The notes under the pieces were generated by a model. The model was not told the origin of the DNA. It ran no database searches and was given only the letters and a program-made list of their open reading frames with translations. A program made the position numbers and the translations under genes. From Eremomyces bilateralis CBS 781.70 (lineage: Eukaryota), in assembly GCA_010015585.1 (NCBI GenBank), contig ML975163.1: 64,000 bases of DNA; one strand, given 5' to 3'. Of this stretch, positions 36,701 through 49,161 are shown piece after piece; position 1 is the first letter of the stretch; each line of letters opens with the position of its first letter.

Positions 36701-39194
36701 CTCGCGACATGGACGGAAACTCCATGATGCCGACCACCAATATGGACGTCTTAGGAACTCGCCCTGGCAACCTTGAAATGGCCACCAACGGCATTGGAAC
36801 CCATCAGCGACATCGCCACGGCCAGCAGAGCCTTCCTGTCAACAACCTGCGCCCTCTGGGTGAGAATGGTTTCCAATTCTCTTCGGTCAATGGGTCCGGC
36901 GATACGACGCCAACCAAGACGGGTGCTATCAACCGGCACTCACTAGATGCGGCCAAGTACACATCTGAGGCAAAACGTCGCAACAGTCTTCTCAACTATC
37001 AGCCTTCTCCGCAGTCTATGATGCAGTCTACTACTCAGGCAACTCCCGGGACTGCACATGTAATGCCAAAGATTCCATCTTCGTTCTCGACCAACGATGT
37101 CCCGACTTTGAACTCGTTCAAGAAGATGAACGGATTTACTCAGCATGCAACTTCGTCCGCCTCCCAGGGTCCTGCATTCGCTCCATCTCGCCTAGAGAAA
37201 ACGATCCACCCAACATCGTCACGTGCCCTGGTCACTTTGGCTGAGAACAACATTGACAACAATATTGATTTGGTCGCCAGCTTCAATGGCATGAACCTGG
37301 ATGAAGGACGATCTGTTGCCTCACATACTTCCAGCCTGCAAGCAAGCGCTGCGCCATTTGGACCTTCGGTTTCCAAGACTATGACAGGCCCTTCAGAGCT
37401 TCCGCCTTTCCCATCTCCTCCTGAGGAGAGATGGGGGGAGCCTGAATTGTTCAACCCCCCGGATCCTACCGATCCACGACTTCGACGCCTCGACTTCAAT
37501 CGTCCGGCAAATGTGACCTGGCCTGCACCAGCAACAAGCCGCACCTCCTTGGCTCAGCCACCGTTCAATTATCAGCCACCCTTTAGCCATACTGCTCCCA
37601 ATCAATTTCACGATAGCCAAGCCCAAGTCATCGCATTGAGGCGCGCACAGAACAGTGAAGGTACGCACATCCCTGTCATGTTTGTTTCTTTACATTGAAG
37701 CTCAAGATTGTTGTGCGCTGCTTTGTTACCTTGCTTTCCACGCTAACATTGTTTCCCGCTACAGACAACGCTCGCTGGAATGATGTGGCACTCACCGACC
37801 TCATCGGCCAAATCTGGGAGATCTCAAGGGATCAGCATGGCTGTCGCTTCCTTCAACGCCGGATTGAAGAAGGTGACGCTGATGAAATTGCGATTATCTT
37901 CGGAGAAGTCAAGGATCACATCTTCGAGTTGATGACCGACCAGTTCGGCAACTATCTTTGCCAGCGCTTGTTGGAGAATGGCACTGAGGACCAGCGCACC
38001 GAGCTCATTCGCAACGTTTCTCCTCAGATGATCCAAGTGGGATATAACCAGCATGGGACTCGCGCGTTGCAGAAGATGATCGAATTCGTCGACACTCCCG
38101 AACAGGTTCATCTCATCACTGAAGCTCTTCGCGACCATGTTTGCAAGCTCATACAGGACATCAACGGCAATCATGTCGTCCAGAAATGCTTGAATCATAT
38201 GAGCCACGAGAATTCCGACTTCATCTACGAGGCCATTGGCAATGACATGCACGTTGTTGGGACTCACCGTCATGGTTGCTGTGTCATTCAACGCTGCCTT
38301 GATCACGCGAGCACCATTCAGAAGAATCGCCTCGTGAAGCAGATCAGCGAGGCCGCATACACCTTGGTCCAGGATCCATTCGGCAACTACGTCCTCCAAT
38401 ACGTCCTCGACATTGGTGAGGTTGTTTACACCGATTACCTTTGCCGAGTCTTCGTTCCGCAGCTTCCTGTACTGTCTCGTCAGAAGTTCTCGTCGAATGT
38501 CATCGAGAAATGTATCCGTTGCTCCAGCCGCGAGGCTCGGAACGATATGATTGAAGTGCTGTTGAACCCACGAGAACTCGAGTCGCTGATCAAGGACAAC
38601 TATGGCAACTACGTGATCCAGACAGCTGTGAGTTATTTCATCCCTCTCTTGTTTTGATTCTGGCTGACATATGACTTTCAGATGGAGCATAGCGAAAGCG
38701 AGACGCGCACTCGTCTGTACGATGCCGTCCGACCCATGGTCAGCAGCATCCGAGGAACTCCCCACGGCCGCCGTATCATCCAAAAGCTCACGGCTTATGA
38801 TAATCGGAACCAGAACAGCCGCCAGCTTCCTTTTACCACTGGCGCAATGGCTCCAACCATCTCTCCGTCCACCTATAGTGTGCCTGCCCAAGCGCAAACC
38901 GCTCCTCACCCCCCGCCTGTTGCCCAACATCCTAGCAGCAACTTTGCGAGCGGTTACCCGCTCTATTCATCCGCTCCGCCGCAGTATTACACTGCAGCTC
39001 CAGCGATGCAAGGGCAGCCTGTCTTCGGGCTTCCAGTTGCCGTGCCGTCCGCTCAGCCGCCGACCTACGGGCAGGGGATGCCAATCGCGCCTCAGCAGCC
39101 TTATGGCTTTGCGCAATACCAGCAGCCTTATCAAGGATTTCAATACCGTGGTGTCAATCAGCAACGCAACCAAAACTCGCATTGGCGCCATTAA
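33794..39194 (+). CDS. PUF4: Pumilio-family (PUF) RNA-binding protein, Puf4/Puf5 clade
   Basis: Exons 33794-34096, 34576-34599, 35628-36070, 36480-37660, 37765-38627 and 38682-39194. Eight PUF repeats with recognition triplets CRQ, NYQ, TRQ, NHQ, CCQ, NYQ, SNE, NYQ, which is the Puf4-type code. Confidence 0.88.
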
Positions 39195-42100
39195 ACGCAC
39201 CGTACATGATGATACGATCCTGGACATACTCCGCGAACATGCCTCCAGGAATTTCTGCGATGATATGATGGCCTTCACGACGAGCGGCACTTGATGGCAA
39301 ACAAAAGTGCTTTTACGACACTGCTTCTATTTCTACGATCGACTTTGGGCGGCTTCGTTTCGGGTTTGACATTCGTGGACATTGCGATTCCTATCACTGA
39401 TGGTCCTCATTGCTTCGGTTTGGGCGGGTGTTGCCTTACCCTCACTGTTGCGATGGTTCATCTTGGGTTTTCCAGTCACCCAGCCAACTGGTGCCTGTGG
39501 CATGTTACCAGGCAAATCGATCAGCAATCGCCGTCCACACCCTGGAGTTTCTATTGAGTTTACAGCACCGGTCACTGTATATTTACCCGCGCACCGACAA
39601 AAGTTCCGCCTCCTGCTTTTTTTATCAGCTCGACAACGCGATAGCTCTACCACTGTGATCATCGGTGCCGTGGCAACTGCATACCACCGCGGTGTACCGG
39701 AGCGTGCAATGACGCATCATGGGCTCGACTCGCTCGCAATACATATTGCATGGAAGAGAAGATTGTTGGCCTCGCGGCTTACATCGGTCTTGTGGACTTC
39801 GGAACACAGATCCAGTCTCTTACTGTGCACCACCTTCATGGTTGAAATCATTTCCTTTTCCTTTCCTTTTATCTGCTTTCCACGTCCTGCTTTCCTCGCT
39901 TTTTCCACTGTACCTTCTAGCATCATGTTAACCCAAACTTTTCCTCCCTTCTTCATCCTTTTCTTGTTTGCTTCTTTCGAGGCGACGAGAAAAAATATTG
40001 CACAGACACCACCAATAGATTGCACAGTGTTGCATTCACGAACGGAGACGAAACTCAATACCCTTTTCTTTCTGGCAGACAATCGGGCTCTTGTTGTCGC
40101 ACTCGTGCTTCGACAATCCCACGACAAGGATACCTCTGGTTTTTCAGCATAGCGTATCACCTTCAGCATTGCCTTGGCGGATGATTGGCGTGATTTCAAC
40201 AGCACGATGACTTTTTGCGATGACATCCCCCACAGCGATTCCGTTGCCTCTTCTTGACGTGGAATCCTGGTCCTTTGGTGGCCCTGGATGAAGCAATCTT
40301 GAGTTGGATCGGTGGAGGATCGGGTTCCTATTGGAACTGGTGGCATTGCATCACATTTTGGTGCTCACCACTGCAGCTTTTCGATTTTTCATGTTTTCAT
40401 GGCTTACATCGCCGTTTGAGGATGATTTCAACTATTCCTTCCTCTCTTCCTTGCACGCCGAATATCACCTGGACATTCAAGGACCTCTTCACTGAGGACC
40501 AGGTGGACAGCTCTTAGGATCATGGAAGGAGAGGATTTTCTTTATTTTCATGCATGCATTCCCCCCATTTCGCGACACACCACACAGCACGGCTTTTCGA
40601 AGCATATCATCCACGCTCAAAATTTCCAAAAAAATCCCCTTCGCAAACACCCCCTTTCACTTCGCACTGCCCCTCTTCAACACTCCATAATTCCCCTTTG
40701 ATTTTTTGTTAATAGAAGACATGAATTAAAAAAGTATAAAAACTTGGCTGCCACTGCATGTGTGACTCGTGATGCCTCTTGTTTGGACAGCTAATATGGA
40801 GACCCATCCGGAGCCTCTTAATTGATGCCCCGAAGCACACCTTCAGGACTCTGAAAGCCTGCAAATCCTTGTTGTCCTAATGTTGCACAATTCCGTCTTT
40901 CCCTTATAGATATCTTAACGAAGCATAGCTGAATTCGGCAAAACCTTCGCAGACTCGGTCAGGGTGATGCTGCCGACCACCCCTAGCTGAATTGTGGGGA
41001 GTCGTGTGGTACATCTGATAGTCACAGCTAAGCCATTTCCAACTCCCAGCATTCCAATATAAATAGTTCTCTACCCATAGAAATAGTTACAGCGGTTTGG
41101 CGAGCTGTCCTTTTTACTAATGAACCGCATGCCAATCGTTTCACGGCCAAAGCAGCACTGACGCAACTAGAATTGGCAACTGCCGATGACATATCAAATT
41201 GAGTTGAACTTCCTATATAATACGGAACGACAGCGCTTCAACTGACTAGACGCCAATACCGTCTGCCTAGAGTACGATGCAGGCAGCGAGGGTACATTCT
41301 CTCCCCCTGTAGACCTACCAACACAGAAGAACGTCATTCTATGAGTCATTACGAGCAAGTTCCCGCTGCTGGAAGATAACAAGGGGATGGTGGGCAGTAT
41401 TATGAACTGACGGTCCTGAAGCGTACCACTTCGCATCGAGCACTCTCAATCGTTGCCTGCTTTCGCCTCATTTCCATATATTAGAGTTCCTCTTTTATGT
41501 TCCATATCCATTAGGAAGTCGATACGATTCTCCGTTTCAATAGGCTGGAGGTGGACGTGGAAGGAGAAGGATCATCAATTCCTCCCGCACCAGGTGAAGG
41601 GCCTTGAGACATTCCTGGGTGAAGGAGTCGAACAGAATCAGTGCAAGCCCGCTGTGCAGGTAGTCATTTTGAAAGGAATTCCCATAGTTAAGAGGATATG
41701 GCGAAGAAATCACAGTTGGCGAGAGGAACTGCGGATGCACAATGGCCAGGGGACCTGTAAGTTAATGATTAATAGCAACCCTATTCCTATCTTTTGTATC
41801 CAGTTCTCCAGCCCGTGCGGACAAAAGCAATGGCCTTAATTACATCGTACCCTTGGGATTTCCAAAGCTCTTCTATGTCTTCCAACGTATAGTCTTAGGA
41901 TGACGGGCTGACATACGCAGTTTGGACCCACGTATCAAGCTCGGTGTCTCATGAATTATGATCGCTCTGGATGCTTCAAAATGAGTGAAGTATCTTAATA
42001 AGGACTCACTGTAATGTCGATGCGTTTTTCTTCCCGAAAGTCGGCATGTTGTAATAAATTAGGCAGGCGAGCCATGGGGTCCTTTGTCCCTTCCTTCAAC

Positions 42101-42264
42101 TTGAATCGTCCACTGTACTCAAAATCAACTAACATTAAATCACACCAGCCACCAATTCAAAACTTTCTCGTGTCCAACTTTAACATCATTCACCTTCCAT
42201 CTTCTGCCTCTTCAGGGTCCGTGTGTCAGCTCAACGTAAACCGTACGCCCAGATTCACTTCACT

Positions 42265-43062
42265 ATGAGGCCTACTTGGTACAGCATCGATCTCCCCCAC
42301 CCGGAAAACATCCGCGAACGATTTGGCGAAGGAGGAATCCCAATGTGCCATCAAGAGGTCACGGATCTCGCGAATCATGAGCGATTGATAACGGGCCGAC
42401 TAAGCATCGGAGGTCCCACTTCTGTGGCGATGAGTTGCTATGGTCGCTATCAGAAATACCTGGTAGATATCAATGATCCGGATCAGCCACCAGAGGTGGG
42501 ATACATTTCACTCATTCGAACAAGAGAGCATGCCACTGACAACACCAACCAGACACGCCCCAAGCGCCGCAATCGCCGAGACAAGCATCATACTCCCAGT
42601 TCACAGGCTGCTCAAGCTGAACCAGAGGAGGACCACAAGAACCCTATGGCGGAAATGGACCCGCAGGTCATGGCCGACAACCTCAAGAACCCAGCGGCCA
42701 AGCTTGCCCGAGTTATTGAAAGGATCGACAACGAAGAGGCAGCTAAGGCTAGTGGGGAGGCTTCCAAGGACAGCGCAGAGGTTCTCAACAGTGCGGAGAT
42801 TCTCAAGGACCTCGGTGCAGTGGTAGACAAGCAGGCTATGCCAGACAATGTGAAGAACCCAGCGGCAGAGCTTGCTCCAGTAATCGAACGGATTGACAGC
42901 AAAGAGGCTGCAAAGTCTAGCACAGATGCTCCCAAAGGTAGTGGAGAGGCTCCCAAGGACATCGGAATGCCGGGCGTGCAGGGTGGTGCGGACAAGGTGC
43001 AGCTCCCGACTATCAACGAAGAAGGCATCATGACTGGCAAGGAGAACGAGACGCCCAACTGA
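42265..43062 (+). CDS. Hypothetical (orphan) protein with an internal 56-aa-period duplication
   Basis: Open 265-aa frame with gene-like codon use. Repeats MADNLKNPAAKLARVIERIDNEEAAK (42670) and MPDNVKNPAAELAPVIERIDSKEAAK (42838). Confidence 0.55.
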   Translation: MRPTWYSIDLPHPENIRERFGEGGIPMCHQEVTDLANHERLITGRLSIGGPTSVAMSCYGRYQKYLVDINDPDQPPEVGYISLIRTREHATDNTNQTRPKRRNRRDKHHTPSSQAAQAEPEEDHKNPMAEMDPQVMADNLKNPAAKLARVIERIDNEEAAKASGEASKDSAEVLNSAEILKDLGAVVDKQAMPDNVKNPAAELAPVIERIDSKEAAKSSTDAPKGSGEAPKDIGMPGVQGGADKVQLPTINEEGIMTGKENETPN

Positions 43063-43734
43063 GGGTTGATGAGAACAGCAAGGATGCATGAAGGGGACAG
43101 AATAGGGAGCACGGATGGACGGTGTCTCTTTACACTCTGTCTGAGTCTCGTATAGGTGCGATTTCGTGATGGGCAGCAAACGTTGTAGGAGCAGATACTG
43201 GGTTATGAAAAATGCAATACATACCAACTTCCCCTTCCTATTCTTCAACAGCCACTAAGGTTGCCCATCATCTACTTTTGAACTTGAAGTCCTATGCCCT
43301 AGATGTTGGCCAGGCTGGGTGTCGATGATACAGCCTTCCTAGACATTTCTCGCTGCTCCATACTATCTTCACACTTTCTCTACAAGGTCTTCCAGCGATA
43401 CCTGTGTAAGCGGTCGGGAAAACCCTTTCCATATACTTGCATCCTACATCATATAGGAGAGAGAGCGTTGAACCCTAAGATCAGATATCTTGATTCAGTT
43501 GTAATTTAATGGTCGTCAGCCGTGTGAAATTGCCAATTGGTCATTGGAGGTCGAGCAGATCCACAACTTAAGCATTGCGCTAATATTGCACCCCTACAGC
43601 CCGAGAATGACCAGGGTCTACGATATCGTCCGAACTTTTCTGCGTCTTCAACTCTTCAAGTTGTGCTCAACCATCCTCCCGCCATTCGTTTTTGAATTCT
43701 TGGACTTGGTGTGCCTTTGTCACAGCATTTATCA

Positions 43735-46170
43735 ATGCTCGCAGCACGCCCATTCATTTGTCGGCGCTGCCAGAATGCTCTGCAGGCTTCAGGGCTGCGG
43801 CCAGCCCTGTTTGCGCCCCAAGGGGTGGCAAGCTCTCGAAATGACTTATCAAGATTGTCAAGCAGGCATATGACCTCCCTGCTGCGATGTAGAAGAGATT
43901 CTATCACTCTTCAGAGCCTCTCGAAACGAATGTTGACTAGTCAGTTGCCGACACATCCTCCGAACCGACGATTCCTACACTCCTCCGATCAACCGCCGGA
44001 TAAAAAGAGCGCACATCATCCCCAGGAAACAGCATCAGGGGAGACGCATAATCCAACCAACGAGGTCGACTTCTCAATCGATGCGTTCAAAGCCGTCTCT
44101 GACGAGATCCCACCCGAAGAGGTGGCAAAGGCGGCGCGGGAGGCATTTGGAGACGCGCTTCCGGATGATACCCTCAATGGCGAGCAGCTACGTGCATACG
44201 AGAGGCTATATGGCGCCGCTCCGGTTCTGAAGGTTCCGATTCATGAGGACCAGAGCGGGATCCAAACTCTGCTCCGAGACTCCGCCAAGGGAATGGAGGA
44301 AATCGGGGAGATGGAATACCCCACACGAAGCATGGGCCGGAACGAGAGATTTCATGAGCACGATGATTTTGAAAGGGAAAACATGAAGTCCTCGGCTGGT
44401 ACAAAGGCCCAAGATGACTCCGACCTAGTGTTCGACGAATTCTACGAAGATGAAGACGCGTCTGAGTTGTCCAGGGCCGAAATCCACGAGTCTCTCCCCG
44501 AAGAAGAATGGCCCGAGGACGATCAGGTCATCCGCGAACACCCCCTCACCACCGCCGGCAAGTCCGGAACCTTCCCATCCACGATCTTTATGCCGAAATC
44601 CATCACCGAGCAGATTTCCGGGTCGATGTCCGACATCCACCCCAAGCACCTCCGACAAGCGGCGGAAAAGACGTTCGGTGGCGTGGGGCTGCCGTATTCG
44701 CCCTCGACGCCGCGGGTTGCCATGTCGATGGAGCAACAACCGGTGGCGCTGAGCGTGAGGGACAAGACCATGTCCGACACGGAAGCCAACGTGTTTCTGG
44801 CCGGGCAATTCCCGCAAACTTACAGCGCGGTGACTAGCTCCCTGGTGGAGGTCCGGAAACGACTCGGCACCGAGTGGATACAAGGCCTCCTTGAGAAAAA
44901 AGGTGGTCCGAGGATTCTGGATGCGGGCGGGGCCGGAGCGGGAGTCATGGCGTGGCGAGAGATCTTGAAAGCGGAATGGGAGAGTATGCACCCGGACCAA
45001 GAACCGACCGCGATGCCTGAGGAGAAGCTCGGCCGAGGGTCGGTGATCTGCGCGTCCGACTCACTAAGGGCGCACGTCCGGAAATTCCTGAGCAACACGA
45101 GCTTCCTCCCGCGGATTCCCAACACCGACGTGGAGTCGAAAGGTGGAAAGACGTCGCAGGTATACGATGTCATCGTCGCTCCGTACGTGCTCTGGGGCCT
45201 TGAACGGAACGACATGCGTCGGTTCTACACCGAGAACTTCTGGCACCTACTAAACCCCAATGGCGGCGTCCTCGTCCTCCTCGAGAAGGGCACGCCCCGC
45301 GGCTTCGAGATCATCGCCGGGGCGCGCGACCTCCTCCTCGAACATCACATCTCCTCCCCCGGCGAGGAAGTCCGCGTGCCACGGCTCAGCAACGGGACTC
45401 TTGGCCCCGCCAAAGGGAAAGAAACCGGCATGATCATTGCCCCGTGCACGAACCACACGAAGTGCCCGCTATACCCCACGGCGGGCCGCTCGGCCCACCG
45501 CAAGGACAAGTGCTATTTCACGCAGCGGTACATCCGCCCGCCGTTCCTGCAAAAGCTCCTCGGCGCCACGATGCGCAACCACGACCACGTGGAGTTCAGC
45601 TATCTGGCCGTCATGCGCGGTCGCGATCACCGGTTGCCGGAGCACGATCCGCGGGGGTTGGGGTTCCAGCAGGGGGAGCGGGCGACGCACGCTGCGTGGT
45701 ATGGGCACCACCTCGGCGTCGATGCGCACAACCTCCCGGCCATCTCCTCCGACTCTTTACCGTCTGATTCTACCACGTCCTCCACCCCTCCCCTCCCACC
45801 CCACCCCCTCACCCTCCCCCGCCTCATCCTCCCCCCTCTCAAACCCAAAGGCCACATCATCCTCGACGTCTGCACGCCCTCGGGCACCGCAGAACGCTGG
45901 GTCGTCGCACGCTCGATGGCGCGCAGCCGCATCGGGGCGGACGCGGAGGTCGAGGAACGGGCGGCGGGGCGGCAGGCGCAGCGGGACGCGCGGAAGGCTG
46001 GATGGGGGGATCTGTGGGCGCTGGGGGCGAAGTCGAGGGTGGAGAAGAATTTGAAGTTAGGGGCAGTGGTGGAGGGGGGAAGGGGGGGGAAGGGGGCGAG
46101 AAGGGAGAAGCAGAAGAGGAAGAAGGAAGGGAGGAGGTGGAGTGTGAAGGGGTTGGGGGAGGAGGGTTAG
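43735..46170 (+). CDS. RSM22: Mitochondrial small ribosomal subunit assembly protein Rsm22 (SAM-methyltransferase fold)
   Basis: Presequence MLAARPFICRRC; ILDAGGAGAG; VLVLLEKGTPRGFEIIAGAR; IIAPCTNHTKCP; CYFTQRYIRP; GHIILDVCTPSG; DARKAGWGDLW. Intronless. Confidence 0.92.
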   Translation: MLAARPFICRRCQNALQASGLRPALFAPQGVASSRNDLSRLSSRHMTSLLRCRRDSITLQSLSKRMLTSQLPTHPPNRRFLHSSDQPPDKKSAHHPQETASGETHNPTNEVDFSIDAFKAVSDEIPPEEVAKAAREAFGDALPDDTLNGEQLRAYERLYGAAPVLKVPIHEDQSGIQTLLRDSAKGMEEIGEMEYPTRSMGRNERFHEHDDFERENMKSSAGTKAQDDSDLVFDEFYEDEDASELSRAEIHESLPEEEWPEDDQVIREHPLTTAGKSGTFPSTIFMPKSITEQISGSMSDIHPKHLRQAAEKTFGGVGLPYSPSTPRVAMSMEQQPVALSVRDKTMSDTEANVFLAGQFPQTYSAVTSSLVEVRKRLGTEWIQGLLEKKGGPRILDAGGAGAGVMAWREILKAEWESMHPDQEPTAMPEEKLGRGSVICASDSLRAHVRKFLSNTSFLPRIPNTDVESKGGKTSQVYDVIVAPYVLWGLERNDMRRFYTENFWHLLNPNGGVLVLLEKGTPRGFEIIAGARDLLLEHHISSPGEEVRVPRLSNGTLGPAKGKETGMIIAPCTNHTKCPLYPTAGRSAHRKDKCYFTQRYIRPPFLQKLLGATMRNHDHVEFSYLAVMRGRDHRLPEHDPRGLGFQQGERATHAAWYGHHLGVDAHNLPAISSDSLPSDSTTSSTPPLPPHPLTLPRLILPPLKPKGHIILDVCTPSGTAERWVVARSMARSRIGADAEVEERAAGRQAQRDARKAGWGDLWALGAKSRVEKNLKLGAVVEGGRGGKGARREKQKRKKEGRRWSVKGLGEEG

Positions 46171-46208
46171 AGGCGGGATTGACGATAGGTGGGAGGGCCA
46201 TGTTCCCA

Positions 46209-46228
46209 TGTATAACAGATGTATAACA
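46209..46228 (+). promoter_or_regulatory. Two tandem TGTATAACA motifs, candidate PUF-binding elements in the RSM22 3' UTR
   Basis: TGTATAACA at 46209-46217 and 46220-46228, starting about 40 nt after the stop; each has the UGUA core required by PUF proteins. Confidence 0.5.
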
Positions 46229-49161
46229 GTGTAGATTTGAATAGAGTAATACCGAGAGCGGTAGTCAGTGAACGACACGGCGTGGTCACACATCTATATC
46301 ACCACCGCCAGAACCTTCCCCTGATCTCGACCTTCCGGCTCAGCAAACCAGGTGTGAGAGTTCTCCTGAGTCTGGCTTAGTCCATCGCATCTTCATCCAT
46401 GATGCTACAACCATTACCTTGGTACCCAGGCACACCCCTTGAACTCCAGGTCCGCTGTCCGCATACCCCTCAAATCCCACCACCCGGACGACCTCTCATG
46501 AATCATGACATACGTGGATATTCCCGTTCATGATGACAACTCTTGCTGCATGTATGTAGGAGGTAGGGCATACGTAGTAGTAGGTGGGCCGCGTAGTGAA
46601 GATCCCGCTTGCTTCTCGGTAAGAAGTTGAGTGGAGTTCGGGGAAGGCGTGGTCGATGGCTCCTTCCTCTTAAAGCCAGTATGATGATCCGTGAACACCT
46701 GTCACGGGCCGGACGGACCTCACTCGCGCTGACAGCACCATGTAGCTAAGGCAGGGCGCATGTTGACATGGACCTAGTATAAGGAGAGGGGAGAGTTCAA
46801 GTTGGATTTTGGAATACCAGACTTGAAAGCGTCACGACTTGGATAAATGTACAACTTAAGGCTAACCCTACGAAAACGTGCTAGACCTACCCTGACTCAA
46901 AGGAGTATGATAAATGTACAACAATTTTCGGCATCTAGGGTAATAAGGTGTGGTCAAATCAGTGCGAAGATCGAAGGGTTTTGAAGTCCTTGCTGCAAGT
47001 ATTTTGTTCTACCTTGTCTACGATACTTCGAGTCTATTAATCTCGTCGACTTGAGATTCTTCCATTTCCTCAATTCCTTGAAGGCAAGGCTGCGAGATGC
47101 GGCGCACGAATTCTTCATATCCGAACCAGCAACAAATATTTGCGTGGCTCAATTTGTTCCTCGGAATCTCTGGGATGGGGCGATCATTTGTCACTGTGGA
47201 AGTTACCGTAGTCCGTAAGCGCACGGCACCGCGATCCCAAGCATCTGGACCCGAGATCGACGGTCCAAGTTGCTAAAAACAACCTCACGGCTCGGTGCAT
47301 TCCACATGCCTAGAACTCCGTTGACAGCCTTGTCCATGTCCCGCGGTCGGGTCCCGATGCAGCGAGCGCCCTCGGTGAGAAGCGAGAACGCGGGTTGGAC
47401 AGGCCAACCCTTCTGGTCTGGATCGACTATCGAGAATGGCGGCAAGGCGTGTGGCGCGATTTGTCGAGACCGGCCGCTCGGTTGGGTTGCAGTTGGGCAT
47501 GGAGAGGCAGGGATTGGGGTATCGTGGGAGGGGTTTGATTGTTTGATTCGCAGGAGGGAAACGAGGGCAAGCGGAGCGATTGAGGAGTAGGCGTGGCGTT
47601 TGCGGCATTCACTTACCTATTCCGAGTTCCGATTCAAAGGATAGGTCAGCTAGCGAGCCAGCAGAATGGAAGCTCGTTCCCATGGGAGGTTCCTGTGGAA
47701 GTTCCGGCAATCGATCAATCAATCAATCAATCGGGTGGCTTATACATGGCATATTGGCATGGTTCAATAAAGGCAAATGGAAATCGAAGCTCGCTTCCCG
47801 GAGACATCGGGAGCCTATGTTAGGTTAAGTTAGGGATTGGCAATCAAACAACTGCAACTGGACCCTTTAGGCTGAACAGTGACGGAGACAAAACTGAAAA
47901 GGCGTGGGACAGGCATCAAAGACTCAAGCGGTGATAGGGCGCAAAATCGGGTCGGTCGGCGGGTGAAGGGCGTAGGAAGCAGGTCACCATTCGGCAGCAG
48001 GCAATGGGGGTGGCCTATCCGGGCATCCATCACCGTCCAGGTTTCGGATGATCATGAATAATACCGATCGTTGTAAGGACGAATGACAAAGAAATGGGCG
48101 GTGATTTGAATGGGAATCACGGATAGCGAACAGCAGGCGGTGAAACTCACCGACAAAGAATGGAGGAGTGGTAGTGGTGGTGATCATTTCGTGATGGCAT
48201 GACGGAGGAGGTGGAACATGAAATGAATTGATGATGATGGATGGATGATGGATCATCATGAGGCAGGAAGGGCCGAAGGGGGGAGGAGGAGGTTAGTCAG
48301 CCATGGAATAGAACGTGATACGGTGATAGTGCGCTGTCGTTATGTCCCGTATCCAAGCAGGGGCTAACCGTAGGGGCTAGAGGGCCAACTTCCCCGTCGG
48401 GTGGCTCATGCATCAATGCGGTCAGGTGGCTCAGGCCAATGGCCCAGTGCAGCCTCAGGTTGACACACACAGTGCAGTGAATGTCCCACACAAACTCCAC
48501 GAGACACTTGACACCCAAACGACCCTTTCCCTTTGAACTCTCTCTCTCTCTCACCTCTCTCACTTCCGACTTCTTCTTCGCTTTACTTCCTCACGCCATC
48601 CATTCTGCTATTTCCTTCTTTTCCCTAACCCATCCATCTTCGACAACAACGTCGGAAATCCCTTTTCTGCCGTATTTCGGATCCTCGGATTCTCATTAGG
48701 TGCCTTGCACACCGTCCTGTGTCGGTCGGTCCACCTCCAACGCGTCCAGCTATCTCCGGTCGGGTTGCAATCACAGCCTCATTCCCGCCCAAATCATCAC
48801 CGGAACCGTACGATAATTCCCTCCAATTTCCCTTCCCTTTCCCCTCCCCGATTTCCCTCAAATTCTCATCCTCGCCTCGTCTGACTCTTGTCGGAATTTT
48901 CTGGGCTTTCGATTTTCTGCTGCCGTCTGGTGTTGCTTCTGGAGGAGCCTCCGGATAACGTGCTACCCCTCTTCGCCCTACTGAACACACCGCCTCATTG
49001 GCAACACCTGAACTGACCGGTGCTTCCGCTTTTACTTAGATTACCTTCTTCCACGACTCCCACATCTCATGAGACTTTCCATCAACCTCACTTCAACCCG
49101 ATCCATCACACTCAAACACTGAGATTCCACGAGCAGTCGGTTGACTACATCATCTGCCAAC

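Noticed and set aside
39382..40346. Overlapping 256-aa (+) and 209-aa (-) ORFs downstream of PUF4
   Set aside because: Low-complexity, pyrimidine-rich sequence with no domain signature; more likely a long 3' UTR.
46681..46732. Possible box C/D snoRNA (ATGATGA...CTGA)
   Set aside because: Short, with no terminal stem and no recognisable rRNA guide; such motifs occur by chance.
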